Positions 24,780 to 37,854 of a stretch of DNA of 64,000 bases are shown here, piece after piece. The position numbers and the translations under genes are program-made. The notes under the pieces are model-generated. The model did no database searches. It was not told the DNA's origin and saw only the letters and a program-made list of their open reading frames with translations. Each line of letters opens with the position of its first letter. The first letter of the stretch is position 1. Source of the DNA: Eledone cirrhosa (taxonomy: Eukaryota); assembly GCA_964016885.1 (NCBI GenBank), contig OZ024743.1, positions 64,232,001-64,296,000 of the forward strand, written 5' to 3'.

Positions 24780-24866
24780 GTATAAACGTCCGGTCCAGTG
24801 CGCATGTCAGTCACAGCTGCCAAGGAAACCGCGCGCCTATTTGTACATTAACAGCATCAGGTAAAT
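24780..24866 (+). promoter_or_regulatory. Probable promoter / first non-coding exon of the PPP1R35-like gene
   Basis: local CpG-rich patch with GTGCGCATG (NRF1-like) and CCGCGCGCC, followed by a CAG|gtaaat donor at 24860; inference. Confidence 0.45.
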
Positions 24867-26277
24867 ATTTACATATGTCACATATACCTATATCTTCTAT
24901 ATCATATAGATATTATTATATTTTTTTTATGTAGTATATATATATACCCTGTAGTTTTGTATAAAGAAATACTATGTATTCTATATATTGTAACAATATT
25001 TTCACTTGTTTATTATAGCTCTCACAATATTTGAAGTCTACGTGTATGTACTTGTCACATTTAGCGTTATATTTGTGAGGTTCATAGCAATAGTTAATTG
25101 TATTTATTATACGTCTGAGCTCAAATCTCGCCGAGGTTAACTTTGCCGATAAAGCACGGAGTAACGTACCGGGGTCGATTTAATCGACTTTCCCCTCCCC
25201 CCAAATTACTGGCCTTGTGCCTATACTAGAAATCATATGTGTTTATGTTCATTCTGAAAGAATTGAGAAGAATTTGTAATGTTATTCATACAACTATGAA
25301 TACAATTATATATATATATATCCTCTTGGTGATGTATTCGATGGTATTTTGGTGTATTTTCTGACTTTGGTTATTTCTTTTCAATTTTACATATTTTTCG
25401 ATTTATTTAAGTTAATGTCTATGATATTTTGTTTTGATGTAGATTTCGGTTTATCTTGTATTGGTAAATTACTATTACATCTATCTCGGAGACCAGTGTA
25501 ATAATTGTTTCTGATTTAGGCTCAAGGCCATTAGTTGGAGTGAGGGGAAAATCGATTAAATCTACCCCAGTGTATTACTGGTACTTTATTTTATCGATCC
25601 CATAAGAATTTTAAATTTTTTTTTTTTCGCAAATAAATTTTTTATTAAATTTTAAATATATACATAAATAACATTACAAATTGCCCACAATTCTTTTAGA
25701 ATGAAAATATAAACATGTATAACAAGTACGATTAACCATTGCTTGGAACCCAAAGACAAAAGCTTCAGCCTTGAATGTAATAATAAAAATATTTTTTTAT
25801 GTTTATTAATTTTAAGGGTAGTAAGTTGATAGGTTTCGTTAAAAGTTTGAATGTTAAATTTATGTTTTTTTCCTGTGATTAAAATAAAATGTGTTTTGAA
25901 TGAATTAGGCCTTTAAAATCGTCGTAAATTACTCGTTTTCTGTGGTTTTCTCATCCGAGAATTCTAATACGTGTATATATATATATATATACACATAGTA
26001 TGTTACTGGTACAGTGAAGGCCATCGATTAACTATTGTTATGTTGAAAGGTTTTACAACTTAAGTGCTCAAGGATGTTATCCAACCATCTTGCTCAGGGA
26101 CTGTCCCTGGGTCTCCTGCCGGTTGCTTTTGCCCGTAAAATGTGTCTAGTGATTCTTTCCTGAGATATTCCTTGGCATAATTTGATCTCTCATTTTCTTT
26201 TCATTGACCAAAACAATTTCGAAGATTCTCCTGAGTGTAAGAAGGAAGTCCATGTCTGTCTTCTACTGTGGGTGGTC

Positions 26278-26733
26278 ATGAATGCCAATTCTGACGAGAC
26301 CGTACTACACCCTCCTCCTCCAGTTGCTTCAAAGATGACTATTCCATCCCAAATACTTCCAGACCCAGATCTTCAGCTCTCACCATTCAAGAAAGGAATT
26401 TTAAGAAAGGAACCAAGTCGTCCTAAATCACATTCCAATGTTCGATTTAATCTAAAAACTCATCCACTAACAGAACTCAGCATAAGTAATGGTGACATTG
26501 TTAATTCGGTTGACTCTCTTCCTAGTCCCCAGGACCCAACTCCTGACACAAACACCACACCTTCATCACACACTCACAGTTATACAACCACTGGTGTTCC
26601 TCTTATACCATTAAACAGTTCACAACTAATTCTACATAAAATCAATGCCTTGACACAGAACGAGGAAGACAACTTAATCAAAGAACTTCATCGACAATTA
26701 AATATAGATAAGAAGAAAGAAATAAATGAAAAA
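26278..26733 (+). CDS. PPP1R35: First coding exon of a probable protein phosphatase 1 regulatory subunit 35 homologue
   Basis: MNANSDET...KKGILRK (SILK-type)...SNVRF (RVxF-type)...PLNSSQLI...KKEINEK then AAA|gtaagt donor; start codon inferred. Confidence 0.7.
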
Positions 26734-27011
26734 GTAAGTTTTAAAAATTTACTATTATTATTCGCGGTAGAGGGTCGGGCGCCATGCTTTGCAGCATAGA
26801 GTTGCGTCCTTTTATGATCTGAGTTCAAATCCCGCCAGGTTAACTTTGCCTTTCATCCTTACGGGGTTGATAAAATAAAGCACCAGTAATGCACTGGGGT
26901 AATTGCTGGCTTTGTGCCAAAAGTAGAAACATTATTATTATTATTATTTTTCATTTTATTTCCATTTTATTTTATCCTCCTGCCAAGTCTCCAACAGAGA
27001 TTTAATGTATA

Positions 27012-28316
27012 CTAGCATTAAAGCCCGGCGTTGCTTGGGGTCATTAAGTTACCAAAGTTAGGTTGCACCACCCATTTTATGGCATCACTTTTTTGTCTGC
27101 CAGGCACTGGGTGAATGAATTGCAGACCTGGAAGCAGGAGCTGCGCCAGCAGTGACAATTGTAGTTTCGCCTATGGATATTATCTCTGTGCAAAAAAGTG
27201 TTGAAATTTATTGTTTCACAGTACTTGCGCAACACGCGCGTAGACGATGCCAGCCGAACAACAGAGCTGCGATGGAGTTGTTCTGCATGGTTGTCTGTGT
27301 GTTTTCTAAATTTAAGACAGTAGGGAGGGTTGTGATATGAGGGAGAGTTAGCTGTTGTTTCTAGCAGGTTTAGTGACCTCATAGAGGATATGTGTTTTCT
27401 AAATTTAAGACAGTAGGGAGGGGTGTGATATGGGGGAGAGTTAGCTGCTGTTTCTAGCAGGTTTAGTAACCTCATAGAGGATATGTGTTTTCTAAATTTA
27501 AGACAGTAGGGAGTGGTGTGATATGGGGGAGAGTTAGCTCCTGTTTCTAGCAGGTTTAGTGACCTCATAGAAGATCTGTTTTCTAAATTTAAGACAGTAG
27601 GGAGGGGTGTGGTATGGGGGAGAGTTAGCTGCTGTTTCTAGCAGGTTTAGTGACCTCATAGAGGATATTATTGTTTATCATTATCTATATTGCTGGCCTT
27701 GTGCCTAAAGTAGAAACAATTATCTATAAAAGGCAGATTGTTGTTGTTGTTGTTGAAGTGAGTGTGTGTTTGTATGCGTTTGGAAAAGAGGTTTTAAAAA
27801 AAATTTATCGCTTATTGTTGAATAAATGTATCTGTTGCTTTTGAATAATTGTTGTTTCGTATGAAATGTAATAATTGTTTCTACTTTTTTGGCACAAGGC
27901 CAGCAAATTACCCAATACATTACTGGTACTTTATGTAATAATAAACGTTCTCTATCTCTCTCCCTCTCACTCTCTTCTTTCTCTCTCTTCGGAAATCACG
28001 CATGTTGTCAGATGATATGAGAGAGTAAAACGGACAGTATCACCATCAAGCTTGGAAAGAGAAAGTATGAAGTTGTAACGATTTTGAATGGTAGTGGAAA
28101 GAGTTTAGCAGTTTAAATGACAGAGGAAAATCGTAAAATATTGAGTTTTATCTATTTTTTGCGTAATTGTGGGTGAAATTGAAAAAATTAGATGTGCCAA
28201 GACGCAATCGATGCTATTTCGAATACTGAATTGTAAATTTCAATTGAAGAAATTCTATATCGTAGATTTCTATAAGAAAGGAGCATGACCACACACTGAG
28301 CTTTATAGATTATGAT
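27012..28316 (-). mobile_element. Non-autonomous Helitron with an internal 93-bp tandem repeat (27297-27667, ~4 copies)
   Basis: + strand ACTAGC...CCCGGCGTTGCTTGGG = minus-strand hairpin + CTAG; putative 5' TC end near 28316. Confidence 0.6.
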
Positions 28317-30029
28317 ATACATCAGGTGGAGTGAAACATCCTGAGATGTTCAGCAGTTGAAGTCAGAACCATTATTTATCGGACGCCATGCTTTGACGCA
28401 TAGAGTTACGACCCTTTACGATCTGAGTTCAAATCCTGCCGAAGTTAACTTTGCCTTTCATCCTTACGAGGTTGATAAAATAAAGTACCAGTCACGCACT
28501 GGGGTCAATTTAATCGACTTTCCCCTCCCCAAAAATTGCTGGCCTTGTGCCTATATAAGAAACCATTATTAAGGGCAGTGGGTTGGCAGTATCGGTAGAG
28601 TGCCAGACACCATGCATTGCAGTATAGAGTTACGGCCCTTTATGATCTGAGTTCAAATCCCACCATGGTTAGCTTTGTCTTTCATCTTGTGCCTCAATCA
28701 GAAACCATTATTATTGTTACCAGCCCACACTAAATGTGGCTGGCATTAGGGAGAGCATCCAGCTGTAGAAACCAAGCCCAAATCAGTTCTGTATGAGCAA
28801 TACACGGTCATCCAACCTGATTTGTCTCGCAACAGGACAACTCGTTTAACTCATGCTAGCTTGCAAAATGGATGTTAAATGGTGATGATGTTCTTTTCCT
28901 AGTTTTTTCTGGGAGGGAAATGGGGGAAGAGTCCTGAAGCATGCCTTTCAGTGGGTCCTGTGAGAAGCAACCATCTCCAATTGATATGGCTAGATCCCGA
29001 AGGAAAACCAGCCAAGCTCATGGTAATGATAACATAAGGCCTTTTATGTTCCAAGTTCAAATTCCGCCAAGGTTAGCTTTGCCTTTCGTCCTTACAGGGT
29101 TGATAAAATAAAGTACCAGTCTCATACACTGTGGTTGATTTAATTGACTTTTCCCTCCTTCCTAAAATTGTTGGCCTTGTGCCAAAAATAGAAATAATTA
29201 TTATTATTATTATTGTTTGAAAAAGTGTTTTGGACTGGCCCGGTACTTAACTACTATTTCATCATATCTACTGTATATGGTTAAAAGATAAATTTACAGT
29301 TACTACAGATATAGGCTAAACCACGATCACAGCAATGTATGTATGGACTCATGAGGGAGTCATAGGAGCACCATATTGACATACAGCATTTTTAAACCTA
29401 GGGGAGCCCATCTCCTCTCCAGTTCGGAATACCATAGATTTCTGTTAGAGAAAGAAAGTGAGAAAGAGATATAGAGGAAGAATCGACCCCAGTACTTGAC
29501 TGGTACTTTTTTTATCACAATAACAAGGTCTAAATAAACATTGTTTTCAATATTTTGTACCGTTACAGTAAAAACAACAATCCCAGCAGGCAGTGAAATT
29601 TTCTGATACTTACAGCTATGATTGTCACATTTTACAAAAACTAAAATTATTTCATGAATTCCATATGTCTAATACCCGTGGGCATGCCCACAAAGTCAGA
29701 AAACAGCACAGCTTCCATGACTTTCGGAAACATTTTTTCATGCTCAGAGTTGCTGAAGCATGGAACAAACTACCTGCATCAGTTGTTAGCTGTCGAAACA
29801 CTGTATCCTTTAAAACCTCCATGCTTCCTGAGATTCGCCAACACTACACCTAATATTCCCCCTCCATACACACACTTGCGCATGTGTGTGTGTATCATGA
29901 TTCATACACTGTTCACTTTCCTGACAATTATACATTATTCTATGTACTATACATGCACCTTTGATGAGTTGTAGTGCACTTGAGCACTGTACACAATAAT
30001 TTTCATTATTATTATTTATATATTTGCAG

Positions 30030-30140
30030 GCTTCTGCTAAAGTTGACTTCAAACCTGACAGTGTTTTATACCCAAACCTTATCAGTCTTGATGTTCCTGT
30101 TGTCTGTGTAAAAAAAAAAAAGAAACTTGTTAAAAAGAAA
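30030..30140 (+). CDS. PPP1R35: PPP1R35-like exon
   Basis: tgcag acceptor, phase 0; ASAKVDFKPDSVLYPNLISLDVP resembles human 'LFRDLVSLQVP'; AAA|gtagg donor. Confidence 0.72.
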
Positions 30141-31719
30141 GTAGGTGCTATTTAATCCTTTTGATATTAAAATGTCTGATAAGCGTTCTTGGTTCTATCC
30201 TAAAAAATGTCTAATATTAACCATTTCATTAACATATTTCTAATGAAATACACCACCTATATTTTTCAGTTAATTTTGTAAATAATTAACAATTTGAAAA
30301 GATTTAGTAAAATTCCTAACTAACCCCATTAACAAGCTGGTGGTTTGGCAGAATCGGTAGAGCATCAGACAACAATCTTTGAGGCATATTGCCCTTTATG
30401 TTCTAAGTTCAAATCCTCCCGACGTTAGTTTTGCCTTTCATCCTTACAGGGTCAATAAAATAAAGTACCAGTAATGCATTGGATCGATTTAATTGACTTT
30501 CCCCTTCCCCCAAAATTGTTGGCCTTGTACCTAAATCAGAAACCATTATTATTAAGCTGCTGTTTAATAGTTAAGGTGGTCGATGTGGCAGAGTCATGAG
30601 AGTTGGATATTTGTTCCGGGTCTCTGTGTTCTAAGTTCAAATCCTGCTAAGGTCCACTTTGCCTTTCATCTTTTCAAGGGTCCATAGATAAAGTAGCAGC
30701 CCAGTACTGGTGTAGCTCTTTCTTGTCACATTCTGGATGTTCTGCTGAATCAAAAGAGTGTGTCTAGGCCAGTGTGTTGTTTATGATGTAACACAGGTTT
30801 CTAACTTTGGGTAGACAGCACAATATGGGTGGTATATCTTTTATGGTGTAGAGCAGGGCTCTAACTTTTAGTATACAGTACTAAGGGTGGTGTGGTATTT
30901 GTAATTTAATCTTATATATGAAGTAGAGCAAGGGTGGGAGATTGGCAGACTCCTTAGAGCATCAGACAAAATGCTTTATAGCATTTAGTTACAGCCATTA
31001 ACATGCTGAGGTCAGCTTTGCTTTTCATTCTTCTGGGGGTCAATAAGATAAAGCACGAATGAAGTACTGAAGTCAATTTAATTGAGTCACCTCCCCTTAA
31101 AAAATGACTGGTCTCTTCTGCTATGATGAAGCTGAATATCACATGGAAAAGCAACTCCATTAGTTTTCAAACAAGGCTCATGTTGTACAAGCCCCTGGTG
31201 AGTTTGATCTTTCTGTATAGGTGTGAGAGCTGGACTCTTACAGCTGACATGGAATGAAGGATCCAGTCATTCAAGTATACATGCTTCAGAAGGCTGCCAC
31301 ACATCCTGAATACAGCTTAACCCTTTAGCATTCGCATTAATTTTCAAATGTCATGCTTATCTGTTCACATTATTTTGAGTTAATAAAGTACCAGTAATGT
31401 ACTGGGTAATTGCTGGCCTTGTGCCTAAAATAGAAACAATTATTTTGAGTTAATCATACTCAAGAGGGTTATCAATTTTATTTGTTTGTAATTGTCTTAA
31501 TTTTCCATGTGCAGGCTTGAAATTTTGTCAGTCATCATCATCATCATTTTACGTCCGCTTTTCCCTGCTTGCAAGGGTGGGACGGGAACTGATTCTAGCT
31601 TAATTTCTACAGCTGGATGCCCTTCCTAACACCAACCTCATTTACAGTGAGTGCTGGATGCTTTTTTGCCATGGCTCCTACACGTCCACTTTACAGTGGA
31701 ATGATAGGGAACCCAGTCC

Positions 31720-31868
31720 TATCATCTCATTTCTACAGCTGAGTAAACTGGAGCAATGTGAAATAAAGTGTCTTGCTCAAGGCAACAACACATCACCCGA
31801 TCTGAGAATTGAACTCACAACCTTTCGATTGCAAGGCCAATGCTCTAACCACTAAGCCATGTGCCTCT
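31720..31868 (-). mobile_element. CORE-SINE-like fragment
   Basis: TACAGCTGAGTAAACTGGAGC...AAGTGTCTTGCTCAAGG CORE-like domain plus tRNA head; related copy at ~7064-7200. Confidence 0.55.
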
Positions 31869-31954
31869 ATTAGATGTTTAAATATCAATAATTTACAATT
31901 ATATAATTTTACCTGATTTTTTGGGTTAAATTTGACTTTTATGGGCAGGTGAAA

Positions 31955-32808
31955 TTAATTAATAGGGGCATTTGAAGTATCAACCAAGTGTAAATACTGG
32001 TTTAATTTTAAATACGTTGTTTTCGGCATAATACTTGATATATAAGGATCACTAAACCTTATATCAGTGCTCCAGTAATTCCACAGTCTTGGAAATTGTT
32101 TTATACCGAACATAATATTTACGGTAAAACATGCTTGCATTTCCGCAGCATCTGTCAGTCGCCAAACAGATCGGGTTTTCTTCGATTTGAAATCTGTTGT
32201 TGGGCATATCGATTAATCTCTTCTGCTACAACTTCGAAGAAGTTTGTGGTAAAAACAAAAAGAAATAATCCAATGTGTTAGCATTGGGAGCTAATGTGTG
32301 TTGTGGACCAGTATTTGGAATAAAATCGGGAACATATATTGGTGTGGTATTTTTCAATGGCGTCCTGGAGATCTCCTTCGTTTTCACTTTCAAAACCACA
32401 ATCATCGTCGGATGATATTTCAGAAATATAAACATCTGATTCATTTGAAGATAAATCACTAATATTATCTTATGTTTCTTGTTCATTCTGAATGTCGTCG
32501 TGTGTAAAACCTTCAAAGTCGGTATCGCTACTTTCACAAGCCTTGTTGATACACAAAAAATCTGTTCTACTTTCAACGTTAAAAAAACACGTGTTGTTTT
32601 AAGTTGTTTCACTATATTAAGTGCTAATTTTCGCGGTAAGGGCCTAATCTCGCAGTAATCTCGAATTGACGAGATTTTGATGACGGTGTTGTTTATTTTT
32701 AGAACGATATTTTAGTGTATGTGTTATCGGCCGGTTTCGGGCGGTTTGAACAAATGAAGGGGAAATAATTGCGGCCGGTTTGGAGCGGTTTGAACACGAA
32801 AGGGTTAA
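31955..32808 (-). mobile_element. piggyBac transposon relic (5' TIR plus frameshifted transposase N-terminal part)
   Basis: TTAA-CCCTTTCG terminus at 32808; peptides 'GPQHTLAPNANTLDYFFLF' and 'FGIKQFPRLWNYWSTD...PYISSIMPK...LHLVD' are typical of PGBD4-like transposases. Confidence 0.75.
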
Positions 32809-33681
32809 GACAAACAACTTTGTCAGGTAGCAAATCAACAAATAGCCTGGGAGATAGGAACCAGTCCTTGTGATAATTTAAAGATGGAAGCTCACCTTGT
32901 ACAGTTTCATATTCTGTCATGTCTGCCTGCCTAAAACCATTCTTCAGAATACAGTTGAGGGAGAGGAAAAAAGATGTTGAGAAAGAAAATTCTCGTCCAA
33001 CATAATCAAGGACTGGACTGGTTAAAACACTGCAACCCTTATGACAGAGAACAGAAACCAATGGCTGTGAAAACGTCTAGACTGTTATTATAATTCTATA
33101 CTTTCCTGTAACTGTGTGTATCCAATTTAGAATAGATACACTGTATCCCTGTATGTTGTAAGAAGTGACTAAAAGGGTTTAGTGTCAGGGAGGGCATCCA
33201 GCTGAAATATATTGTCCCACATCCATCCCATGACTTTCGGAAATATTTTTTCATGCTCAGAGTTGCTGAGGCATGGAACAAGCTACCTGCGTCAGTTGTT
33301 AGCTGTCAGGACACTGCATCCTTTAAAACCTCAATGCTTCCTGATATTCCCCCTCTGCAAACATGCGTGCATGTATGTGTGGTGTGTGTCTGTGTGTATA
33401 TCATGACTCATACACTGTTCACTTTTCTCACATTTGTACATTATTCTATGTACTACACATGTTCCTTTGATGAGTTGTAGTGCACCTGAGCACTGTACAT
33501 AATAATAATTTTCATTATCATTATCAACTAATTAAAAGGGTTTAGTGTCAGGGAGGGCATCCAGCTGTAAAATATTGTCCCCCAAAAGTCCCTCCAACCC
33601 ATAACAGCATGAAGAGTTGATGTACAAACAATGATGGCGATGATGCATCTATTGATATTAACTAATTTTATCTCATTTCAG

Positions 33682-33873
33682 ACACAAGATACTGCTTCTC
33701 CAGTGTTTTATGATAGTGCCAAAGAAAACATCCATGAAGAAAGGGGCAATTTCTCAGTTCAGGGAATCCAACCTCCACGTGCAAAGCTGTTAAAATCTCC
33801 ATTTCTCTCTGCCTTCACTTTATATCACCACAACAAAGCCTGGGAAGGACTTCTACTTCAGAATCAAAGTTGA
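33682..33873 (+). CDS. PPP1R35: PPP1R35-like terminal exon
   Basis: ttcag acceptor, phase 0; ...SVQGIQPPRAKLLKSPFLSAFTLYHHNKAWEG resembles 'TLDGLPPLRL...FLMHRTLRRWEA'; AATAAA at ~33902. Confidence 0.72.
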   Translation, partial: TQDTASPVFYDSAKENIHEERGNFSVQGIQPPRAKLLKSPFLSAFTLYHHNKAWEGLLLQNQS

Positions 33874-34096
33874 CATTTAAACATTTGGCAATATTTATAC
33901 AAAATAAAATTTATTTTCTTTGTTCTCTCACCAATTCCTGATCCTCATATTTATATATATTTTAAAAATCAAAATCTTCATATATAATTATTCTTTGTAT
34001 AGAATCTTGTTTTGTTTTGTTTAATAAAAATTGTTTTAATATATAACTCATACATGTTATTATCATCATGGTCATCATTTTACTCTCACACACACG

Positions 34097-34130
<34 letters not shown>

Positions 34131-34939
34131 AGTGGAAGCTTAGTAAAATCGAAGTTTTGGCTGTGGCCAAGCAAAACGACCTACAATTAGGAATGAGCAG
34201 CAAAGCACTCAATAAGGTAGGCCTTAGAGTAATAACAGGCAGACCTAGCCACACAATACCAAAAACAACGAAGAAACTAATCAGGTTAGACAAAATATAT
34301 ATTCAATTTAGGAAAGTTGGTTGATCAGATAATCCATTGACTTTGGTTGTAAACCGATGTAAAGCAATCTACAACTTGTATTCCTTAAAATATTATCAAT
34401 AAGGCATCAACTGGAGTGTTGATATGATAAAAAAGAGACGGTTTTAAATGTAAATCCTCTTATTATATAATCTTGTTATAAGGCGTCAAAGTGGTTGCAT
34501 AATAACCCTTTGACATGTTTTCATCAGACAGGTGCAAAGTTGTGTTTATATAATAAACAAAGGATGTACATTTAAAACCATCTATCTTTATAATATATAT
34601 ATATGTGCCATTATTTAATATAGAAATAGGGTGATGGATTGGCAGTATCTGTAGAGCGTTGGACAATACACTTTACAGCATAGAGTTACGGCCCTTTACA
34701 TTCTGAGTTCAAATCTCGACGAGGTTAGCTTTGCCTTTCATCCTTGCGGGGTCGATAAAATAAAGCACCTGTAATGCACTGGGGTTGATTTGAAATTACT
34801 GGCCTTGTGCATAAATCAGAAACTAATATTTAATATAGAAACGGCTTCTAGAACTTTCATTCGTATGAAATTCAGGAATGCTGTGGCATCACCTCTGTGA
34901 GTCTGTGATTTGAAGTCAGCTCTCACAACCTCTGCCCAG

Positions 34940-35730
34940 GTCTTTCTTCGTCTACCTCTACCGGAACTTACTTCCACTGGCATTTCCTGGCACTTATTCA
35001 CCCAGTGATCACTGTCCATGCGAATCACATGTCCAAAAGTCTTCTCTCCTGTACACTATCTCAAATTCCTCTTAAACCCAGCTTCTCTTACAACCCATCC
35101 AAGCTCTGCCTCTCTCTCTCACTTACATGTCCAACGGAGCATGGTTGCTTCATTTGTCTCCAGACTGCGCACGTGAGTTTGGCTTTTACACTTACCTCCC
35201 TTCTGATTGAACCAAGGGATCCTTCTGCCACTCGGTACCACATCAAGCTGCCTTTGCTCACAGTATTTAACAATTGAAGCAGAAAGTTCTGAGCTGAACA
35301 GTCTCCACTCCGTTTCAACGACCTGAATTTGGATGCTATAGTATCTGTATACCTTATCAGCCAGTATTTCTCACTTTATCCTGTAGGTCGAGCTGGACAT
35401 GTAAGTTTTGTGGGTTTTCTTAGTTTTAGGTGGTCTCAGGCTGCAGATAACTAGATGGTGATCAGTTGACAGCTCAGCCCCTCTCTTAACACAAACATCC
35501 AGCACAGAATTGAAAAGATTAGAGACTATAACAATATCAATTACTGATCTCTGTCCCTGATTTCCCTTATAGCATGTATATTTATGGGTGTCTCTGTGCT
35601 GAAAACAGAGAGCTCATTACTAGAACAGAAATCTAATAGGGCCTCTCCGTTCGTATTTAGATCAGGGTCGCCATTTGTTGAGGAAACCCTGACTATATTT
35701 AGCCAGTAGCATCTGGCCTCTTCCACTAAT
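34940..35730 (-). mobile_element. Degenerate RTE LINE fragments (endonuclease and 3' parts)
   Basis: 'NTNGEALLDFCSSNELSV', 'STDHHLV', 'GRGRRRKTW' motifs. Confidence 0.6.
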
Positions 35731-37561
35731 TCCCGCTCATTGGCTGTGGTCTCGGGATATGTAACTTTTGTGCTTCCATCCCACGTCTGTCTGTCTGTAT
35801 ATATGCATATTTCTGAGTGTCGTATACGTATAAGCCAAATGTCCCATAGTTGTAAGTATTTGCCGTTTGGACAGATAATTCCAGGTTCTACTATCCCAAG
35901 TATTGTGTATTCCGTTGAACAATGGTCTTACTAGTTTAATACATATATATACACACACACATCTCCGTCTAACCCATGCTAGCGTGGAAGAACGGACGTA
36001 AAACGGTGATGATGATACGCATATGTGTAAATGTAGACTGAAACTGCAATGAAAATAATTCCAGTAAAAAAATATTTCACGGGAGGTAACTCAAACATTT
36101 ACTAGTTATGTTGCATGTAGTCTCCCTTACTTTCACGAAACTCGTTATCGTCTTTGATTGCTCTCGAATCAACGCCGACGATGAAAAACATTGATATCAA
36201 AGGCATTCAAATCATGACTATACCATATTTTATTCACATTTCCAGCAGTTCGTAAGACCGCGTAAAAGTTACGTAAATTTAAAATAATGATTTCTAGTAT
36301 CGGCACAAGGCCAGTAATTTGGGGGTAGGGAAGTCGATTAATTTATCTTTATTTTATCGACCCCGTAAAGATGAAAGGCAAAGTTAACCTCAGCTGGATT
36401 TGAACTCAGATTGTAAAGGGCCGTTACTCTAAGCTGCAAAGCATGGTGTCCGACTCTCTACCGATACTGCCAATCCACCGCCCTTAAAATAATTGTTTCT
36501 ACTTTTGGCACAAGGCCAGCAATTACCCTGTACATTACTGGTACTTTATTTTATCGACCCCGTAAGGATGAAAGGCAAAGTTAAAAATAATAATAATGAA
36601 ATTATTGTGTACAGTGCTCAGGTGCACTACAACTCATCAAAGGTACCTGTATGGTACATAGAATAATGTACAAATGTCAGGAAAATGTGTACGAGTCATG
36701 AAGTATATGTGTGCGTGTGTATGGAAGGGAGGCATCAGGTGTAGTGTTGGCGAATCTCAGGAAGCATGGAGGTTTTAAAGGATGCAGTGTCTCGACAGCT
36801 AACAACTGATGCAGGAAGTTTGCTCCATGCTTCAGCAACTCTGAGCGTGATAAAATGTTTCCGTGGATGTTCAGTGCAGTCCCCAGAACAAGATAAGAAT
36901 TATGCTCTTATCCAGCATGTAGCCAGCAACTCATTTTAATTTGGAATGTTAATGTGGCCCTTTCGTACAAAAAAGGTTGGGGACCTCTGATGTATGCGAT
37001 TTCTAGCAATGTACTTTTTATGTTCATTGTTTTTTAATGTATAAAGAAAATTAATTGTCGCAGGAATGCTACCACTTAAAATAAAAATTTCGCCAGAGAC
37101 AGATTAGCATTAATAAGTGGGGTGGAGGCGGATATGAGGGGGATATGAGCGAGGGGAAATTAAAAAATTAATAAACGGTCGAATGACTATTATTCTAGAC
37201 CCCGGTGGTGGACTGGCAATATTGGTAGAACGTCAGACACCATGCTTTGCAGCATAGAGTTATGGCCCTTTACGTTATGAGTTCAAATCCCGCCGAGGTG
37301 AGCTTTGCTTTTCATTCTTACCAGGTCGATAAAATAAAGTACCAGTAATGCACTGGGGTAATTGATGGCCTTGTGCCAAAAGTAGAAACAATTATTCAAG
37401 ACCCGAGAGTAGATATATTTTGTTAATAAGAAGGAATACATTTTCACTGAAACGTCTCAAAGAACGCGGTTTCCTAGGGTTACAGAAATTACTTGTTTTG
37501 TTTCCTTTTCCTTTTTAAAATAACATAAACACTAATCGCTAAACACGTTCACACACAGACA

Positions 37562-37659
<98 letters not shown>

Positions 37660-37854
37660 CATACATACACACAGACACACACAAACCCACATACAAACTT
37701 ACTCATAGAAACAAACAGACACAAACACACACATATACGTACAGACAGGCAGAAACATACACACACACAAACCCACAAACACAGACACAGACATCTATTA
37801 TTTAGATGTGTTCTGTAAACACATTCAGTAATGGCCACACAAATTCTTATTCAA

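Noticed and set aside
31317-31335. Partner TIR for the piggyBac relic at 32808
   Set aside because: Only partial identity (CCCTTTAGCATTC vs CCCTTTCGTGTTC); more likely the end of a different TTAA element
34440-34580. Minus-strand CTGATGA followed by a hairpin
   Set aside because: No GAAA or stem I partner found; at most a truncated half ribozyme
37204-37300. tRNA gene
   Set aside because: A/B boxes belong to SINE heads; no cloverleaf
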